The notes beneath the pieces are model-generated. The model saw only the letters and a list, made by a program, of their open reading frames with translations, made no database searches and was not told the origin of the DNA. The translations under genes and the position numbers were made by a program. From an uncultured Acidobacteriota bacterium (GTDB lineage: Bacteria > Acidobacteriota > Thermoanaerobaculia > Multivoradales > JAHEKO01), in assembly GCA_963713825.1 (NCBI GenBank), contig CAVQNG010000025.1:640001-704000 (forward strand): DNA of 64,000 nt, written 5' to 3'. Shown here in pieces: positions 59,147 through 64,000 of this stretch. Within the stretch, counting starts at the first letter, position 1; each line of letters starts with the position of its first letter.

Positions 59147-60016
59147 ATGTCGGAGAAACTCCCTTCCATACCCGGCGAAGTGTTTCGGTCCTGTCGCCGC
59201 GACAGGATCAATGCCGAGTCGGCGAGCATCGCCTACTATTTCTTCCTGTCGTTCTTCCCAATGATCCTGACCCTGTTCGGCCTCACGGGTCTGATCGGGC
59301 GGCAGACGGCTTTCGATTGGGTGATGGAGGAGTTGCTGGTAGCTCTACCGCCGGCGGCCGCGGAAACGATCGGTCGCTTCGTGCTGCAGGTCACCGATTC
59401 GCGCAGTCCCGGCGCTTTGTCTGTCGGCGTCCTGTTGACGGTCTGGACAGCTTCGAATGTCTTCTCCGCCTTGGCCGATGGCCTCAACAAGCCTTACAAG
59501 GCCAAGCGAGCACACCGTTGGTGGAAGAAGCGTGCGCTGTCGCTGGCCATGCTTCTTTTGCTCGCGGCAGCTCTGGTCGCCCAGGCTGCGATTCTACTGG
59601 CGGGCCCTGAAGTGGCCAGGATTCTGCGGGTCGAACCGTTCGGAGCTGGTCTCCGATGGCCGCTCACTATTGCGCTCTCGATCTTCATGATGTGGTTCAT
59701 CTACTTCACGCTGCCCAACCATGATCAGAGTCGATCCAAGCGGTGGATCTTGGCCGGGGCGATTACGGGTACGTTTCTCTGGGCTCTGGCCACGGTCGGC
59801 TTCCGCCTCTTCCTGGCCAATAGCGGGCGCTTCAGCGCTGTCTACGGCATCGTTGGAGGCATGGTGGCGCTCCTCATCTGGCTGTACCTGACCGCCATGG
59901 CGATCCTGATTGGAGGCGAGGTGTCCGCAGTTCTCGAACGCCGGCTTGGGAGGAAGAGCTCCCCGCCCGAGGTCCCAGAACCCGAGCCCCAGGATCCCGG
60001 GCGCCAGACCCGGTAG
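59147..60016 (+). CDS. YihY/virulence factor BrkB family membrane protein
   Basis: SIAYYFFLSFFP, WTAS, VYG...LIWLY...GGE. Confidence 0.87.
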   Translation: MSEKLPSIPGEVFRSCRRDRINAESASIAYYFFLSFFPMILTLFGLTGLIGRQTAFDWVMEELLVALPPAAAETIGRFVLQVTDSRSPGALSVGVLLTVWTASNVFSALADGLNKPYKAKRAHRWWKKRALSLAMLLLLAAALVAQAAILLAGPEVARILRVEPFGAGLRWPLTIALSIFMMWFIYFTLPNHDQSRSKRWILAGAITGTFLWALATVGFRLFLANSGRFSAVYGIVGGMVALLIWLYLTAMAILIGGEVSAVLERRLGRKSSPPEVPEPEPQDPGRQTR

Positions 60017-60039
60017 GAGATCTCCCACCGGGCTCGACT

Positions 60040-60822
60040 CTAGTGCTCGTCTGAGTCAGGGCCAACCAGGTCACCCTCCAGCTCGCGCAGTCTTTCTTCC
60101 AGGGCTTCGAGGCGTTCGAGGAGCTCCTCACGACTCGTGCTGTAGCTGTGCAGTCGTTCCTGCCAATCCTCGCTCGGCCATTCGGTATTCAGGCGATCGA
60201 TGGCTTCGTCGAAGGCCCTGGCCTGCAATTCGATGACCTCCTCGAAGTCACCCTCCGGCAAGACGACGGTGTGGTGGCCTTCTTCATCGCCGAGCCGGAA
60301 CCGACGAATGTCGACTTGCGGTCGCTCCATCTTCGTGAGCGTGGCGTCGAAGGCTAACGATTGGGCGTTCCTCCACGCCTCGATCCGGACGACATCCCCT
60401 TCCTCATGATCCGAGATCTCATGAAACAGGTCGATGAAGGAACCGATCGACTCATTGTCGACCGTCGTCAGGATGTCTCCGACCTGAAGGCCAGCATTCT
60501 GAGCCGGGCTACCGTCGGCCACACGCGAGATCATGACTCCAGTTTCAGAGGGAGCCCCGAAGTGCTCTCTCAGCTCGGGGGTCAGCTCGACTGCCTCGAC
60601 GCCGAGATAGCCTCGGTTGCCCATGATCCCAGTGCCATGAGCCATCACATGTCGGCCTCCGGGCCCGGCGACCCTGATGACCCGGGTCTGCCGTACCTCA
60701 TCGTTCTCCACGTCCTGATCCGAGGCCCAGAGAGCTGGTATGACAACTAGGCCGACGGCCAGGAGGCTGAGTCCCACGAGCGAGGTCCTGCGAAGCCTGA
60801 AGCGAGATTCGCTGGTGTTCAT
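60040..60822 (-). CDS. Exported PDZ-domain protein with C-terminal coiled coil (no protease domain)
   Basis: AGGAGA RBS then MNTSES, signal peptide, GYLGV...GSPAQNAGLQVGDIL PDZ. Confidence 0.8.
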   Translation of the reverse strand: MNTSESRFRLRRTSLVGLSLLAVGLVVIPALWASDQDVENDEVRQTRVIRVAGPGGRHVMAHGTGIMGNRGYLGVEAVELTPELREHFGAPSETGVMISRVADGSPAQNAGLQVGDILTTVDNESIGSFIDLFHEISDHEEGDVVRIEAWRNAQSLAFDATLTKMERPQVDIRRFRLGDEEGHHTVVLPEGDFEEVIELQARAFDEAIDRLNTEWPSEDWQERLHSYSTSREELLERLEALEERLRELEGDLVGPDSDEH

Positions 60823-60844
60823 GGTCAAGGTTCTCCTTTTCTTC

Positions 60845-61312
60845 TCATTGAATTCGTCGACCGTCGGCGTCGGAACGCCGATTGCCGGTCGCCGTGGATC
60901 GGATGTCGAGTTTCGTTGGGTCGAGACCGCTCTGGCCGAGGTCGAGGACGAGATCGACACGGCTGTCGCCACCCAGGTACAGGACCGGCGGCGGTTGGGC
61001 AGCGAGCGAGCGCAACTCATCCACTTCGCTCTGCAGACTTTCGTACTCTTGGCGTAGGAGGAACTGAGTGTTGGTTTCGCTCGGTATCGATTCGGTGGTG
61101 GGGTAGTAACGCAGCCAGATGCCAAGGGCAAGGCTGCCCGCCGCCAAGGTTGCGAGTGCGACGGCCCAACGCGGCGATATGCCACGCAGCTTCGACGGTT
61201 CGCGATGAGCGAGCTCGTCCAGTACCCGTCCGGTGAAGTCCTCGGAGGCACGTTCCGAGGACAGCTCGCGCATCGCTTTCTCGAGCGGCGATGGATTCTG
61301 GTTTCGAGTCAC
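60845..61312 (-). CDS. Probable anti-sigma factor (single TM)
   Basis: ASEDFTGRVL N-terminal motif, one TM, 4-nt overlap with the ECF sigma gene. Confidence 0.65.
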   Translation of the reverse strand: MTRNQNPSPLEKAMRELSSERASEDFTGRVLDELAHREPSKLRGISPRWAVALATLAAGSLALGIWLRYYPTTESIPSETNTQFLLRQEYESLQSEVDELRSLAAQPPPVLYLGGDSRVDLVLDLGQSGLDPTKLDIRSTATGNRRSDADGRRIQ

Positions 61313-61893
61313 GATGGTCCTCCCGTCTGATACGACTCGAGGTCGTCCCGCAGCAGCGCGCGACCGCGATGCAGCCGTGACTTGACCGTTCCTGCCTGGA
61401 TGCCCAGGAGGTCGGCGATCTCCTGGTGGCTCTTATCCTCCAGGTATGAAAGCACGATGGGGGCTCGGTAGCGCAGCGGCAGCTTGGTGATGGCCCGCGT
61501 CAGTGTCTGTTGCAGCTCGTGTCTCAGTACTTCGGTCTGTTGAACGGCTTCCGTTCGATGGCCATTGGAGTGGAAGAAGGCCGGGCGAAGTCTCGACCAT
61601 CGTTGATGGCGCCTTGCTTCGCTGCGCACCAGATTGGTGGCAATGCGGTAGAGATAGGACTGAAGTCGGCCCCGCTCGGAGTATCGGTGGCCCCTCTCGT
61701 AGAGGCGCAGAAAAGCCTCCTGGGCCAGGTCTTCGGCCTGGCTCTTGCTGCCAGTCAGGCGCGTCAGGTAGTTCACAAGGCCATCCTTGTGACGATCCAC
61801 CAGTTGTCCGAAGGCGGATCGATTGCCTTGGCGTGCCAGCTGGAAAAGGTCGCTATCGCTGTATGCCGCCGTCTCGCTCACGGCTCCTCCCAT
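61309..61893 (-). CDS. ECF RNA polymerase sigma factor
   Basis: AEDLAQEAF, YLYRIATN, SHQEIA..LGIQAGTVKSRLHRGR; true start may be GTG 61881 after GGAGGAG. Confidence 0.92.
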   Translation of the reverse strand: MGGAVSETAAYSDSDLFQLARQGNRSAFGQLVDRHKDGLVNYLTRLTGSKSQAEDLAQEAFLRLYERGHRYSERGRLQSYLYRIATNLVRSEARRHQRWSRLRPAFFHSNGHRTEAVQQTEVLRHELQQTLTRAITKLPLRYRAPIVLSYLEDKSHQEIADLLGIQAGTVKSRLHRGRALLRDDLESYQTGGPS

Positions 61894-61900
61894 CCCTTAT

Positions 61901-61925
61901 AACGCTCGAAGAGCGTCAGGGTTCC
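61901..61925 (-). promoter_or_regulatory. Putative autoregulatory ECF promoter GGAAC-N16-CGTT
   Basis: Minus strand GGAAC-cctgacgctcttcgag-CGTT-ATAA directly upstream of the ECF gene. Confidence 0.6.
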
Positions 61926-64000
61926 GACGGCGAAGGTTCGCTGTCGGTCGTGGGAGTGGGCTCTGAGCCCCTTTCCTTGAGTCTGCGACGGTAGGTGGGA
62001 GGGCTGACTCCCAGTAGCAGGGACCCGATACGGACATCATCCGGGAAGCGCGTGACGATCTCGTCGAGGAGAATCTCCTGCACCTGATCCAGGAGTTGCC
62101 CCTGCTCTCTGGCGGGGGAGTGCACCAGGTCGGATAGCACCCGTTGAACCTCGTTCCAGCTACCGGAACGGGGTGCCAGGCCCGACTGAATCTGCTGGCT
62201 GACCTTCTTCAGGCGGCGTCGGAAAGTGCTCTCGGGCAGGCCCACGAACAGACACCCACGCCGGGCTACGTGGTCAGCTGCGGCCCCGGCCTCGAGAATC
62301 AGGTCGTCGGTCAACCAGCGTCCGAGAGGCAGGCCGAGGGGGGGATCGCTTTCCGCCGCCAGAGCGATCTGGCGCTGCAGGGCTGACCGCAGCTCCAATA
62401 GGGGATCGAGGCGGCGCTCCTCTACCGGGTCTTCGCGCTGCGAGCCGCCGCCGTCGTTCGTCGCGAGCGATGCCCGGGCCCCTGCGGTCACGGGGCGGTA
62501 ACCCGCGGTATCGTTCGCTTCGCCGGTCAAGCCGAGCTCTTCGGGCTCGAGCTCTTCATTGTCACTGAGAATCACGCTTTGGAGAAGGCGATTCTGGAGC
62601 TCGCGAACATTGCCGGGCCAGGGATGGGCCAGCATGGCCACTTCTGCGGCCTGCGATAGGCCTCGTGCCTGTCTCTGATACTGCACTGCGTACAGCTCGA
62701 GGAAGTGTCGCGCCAGGTGGAGGATGTCGTCCGGACGCTCTGTTAGAGGCGGAATCCTCAAGTGCAGCACGTTGAGCCGGTGGTAGAGGTCTTCCCTGAA
62801 ACGCCCCGCCATCACCTCGCTCGCCAAGTCTCGGTTGGTCGCTGCGAGGATCCTCACATCCACCCGACGGGTCTTCGAGCCACCTACCGTCATGAACTGT
62901 TTCTCTTGGACGAAACGCAGTAGCTTGCTCTGTACCTCGAGGGGCAGCTCGCCGATCTCGTCCAGCAGAACCGTGCCGCCGTTGGCTTGCATTAGACGTC
63001 CTGCTCGACTCTGCTGGGCGCCGGTGTAGGCGCCCTTCTCGTGCCCGAAGAGCTCACTTTCGATCAACGACGAGGCGATGGCTCCGCAATCGACAACCAC
63101 CAATGGAGCGTTGCGGCGGGGGCTCAGCTGATGGATCGTCCGAGCCAACAGTTCCTTGCCAGTGCCGCTGGCTCCGGCAATCAGAACCGTCGCGTCTGTG
63201 GGAGCCACGCGGCGGGCGGTTCCGACCAGGGCCTCCATTTCGTCCGAGCGGTATACGAGCTTGACTTGCTGTAGCGCTTGCCGAAGGTCGCTCAACTCGG
63301 CCCGGAGCGCGCGATGCTTCTTTTCTTGCCGCTGTCTTTCCAACTCTGCGAGGCGGGCCCTGTCCATGGCGACCGCCAACTGCGCCGACAGCGCCTTGAG
63401 GAAGATGAGGTCGGACGATTCGAGAGTCATGGATCGACGCTTGCCGTCGATCATCAGGCAGCCGAGGCATTCGCTCCCGGCCGTCAGAGGTACGGCGAAG
63501 AAGACCCGCTTCGCGGGTGGAGGTTCATCGCCATCCACCGTCGGGGCGTCATAGATGGCCTCGCTGGCCTCCATCTCGGCGACGGCGATCTGCAGGTGCT
63601 GCCGCTCCTCGGGATCGAGCTCGAGAGTCTCGATTCGAGTCTGCAATCCACCGGTGCCGTCGATCCGTGTGAGACCCCGCAGCAATTGCAGTTGACCTTC
63701 TTCGTCTCGAGTAAAGAGCCCGATGCGACTGGGAGAGAAAGCGGTATAGAGGCGATCGACCACCTGGGCCGCAAGATCGTCGAAGGCGTCGTGTAAGGCG
63801 ATGATGTCGAGGGTGTCCCGGAGCAGCACCATATTGCGGTAGTCCTTCGCCATGTTGCCGGTAAAGATGCCGCTCAAGCGGTCGAAGCTGCCGACCTGTT
63901 GGGAGGCGAAGTCCTCCTGCCAGCTGACCACCGTGCCGCCACCCATGCGTTTGGCTGTGTTGAGAGCCTGATCCGCCCTGCGGACGAGATCGAGAGGATG
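61916..64000 (-). CDS. Sigma54-dependent activator (GGDEF-like tail - GAF - AAA+ - HTH), 5' end outside window
   Basis: Frame open to 64000 (HPLDLVRRADQALNTAKRMGG); GASGTGKE, ESELFGHEKGAYTGA, LLDEIGE, WPGNVREL. Confidence 0.88.
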   Translation of the reverse strand, partial: HPLDLVRRADQALNTAKRMGGGTVVSWQEDFASQQVGSFDRLSGIFTGNMAKDYRNMVLLRDTLDIIALHDAFDDLAAQVVDRLYTAFSPSRIGLFTRDEEGQLQLLRGLTRIDGTGGLQTRIETLELDPEERQHLQIAVAEMEASEAIYDAPTVDGDEPPPAKRVFFAVPLTAGSECLGCLMIDGKRRSMTLESSDLIFLKALSAQLAVAMDRARLAELERQRQEKKHRALRAELSDLRQALQQVKLVYRSDEMEALVGTARRVAPTDATVLIAGASGTGKELLARTIHQLSPRRNAPLVVVDCGAIASSLIESELFGHEKGAYTGAQQSRAGRLMQANGGTVLLDEIGELPLEVQSKLLRFVQEKQFMTVGGSKTRRVDVRILAATNRDLASEVMAGRFREDLYHRLNVLHLRIPPLTERPDDILHLARHFLELYAVQYQRQARGLSQAAEVAMLAHPWPGNVRELQNRLLQSVILSDNEELEPEELGLTGEANDTAGYRPVTAGARASLATNDGGGSQREDPVEERRLDPLLELRSALQRQIALAAESDPPLGLPLGRWLTDDLILEAGAAADHVARRGCLFVGLPESTFRRRLKKVSQQIQSGLAPRSGSWNEVQRVLSDLVHSPAREQGQLLDQVQEILLDEIVTRFPDDVRIGSLLLGVSPPTYRRRLKERGSEPTPTTDSEPSPSEP

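Noticed and set aside
1-64000. CRISPR arrays, tRNA (including tRNA-Sec), rRNA, IS elements, selABD genes
   Set aside because: None recognised by eye, and intergenic gaps are short. The Sec machinery needed for the rtcB hypothesis would have to lie outside this window.

Overview
GC-rich (roughly 60-65% by eye), gene-dense bacterial chromosomal segment. Gene content suggests an Acidobacteriota-like diderm organism (inference only). About 56 CDSs are supported, mostly housekeeping, envelope and metabolic: tdh/kbl, TonB, ParA, cysteine synthase-like, nfeD-stomatin, lnt, prfB, fbaB-lpdA-E2-lipB-archease-rtcB-nadA-lipA, BoxB-like diiron enzyme, proline dehydrogenase, recN, tsaC, S55 protease plus beta-propeller partner, coaD, add, xerD, korAB, an ECF sigma/anti-sigma/PDZ operon and a sigma54 activator. 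I saw no rRNA, tRNA, CRISPR array or mobile element. The standout is an archease-associated RtcB RNA ligase (29733-31169) that the ORF caller splits at one in-frame TGA (30015-30017). That TGA lies exactly at the invariant metal-bridging Cys of the GYDINCGVR motif. It is followed by a hairpin (GCG-CTCA-GGTC-TGAG-T-CGC) whose CAGGTCTG core matches the E. coli fdhF SECIS, making this a candidate selenocysteine RtcB. Also notable: a prfB +1 frameshift with an atypical CTT-TGA-G context, an orphan BoxB-like epoxidase, an apparently circularly permuted S55 protease, and one ECF-type promoter motif found before both the ECF sigma gene and tonB.
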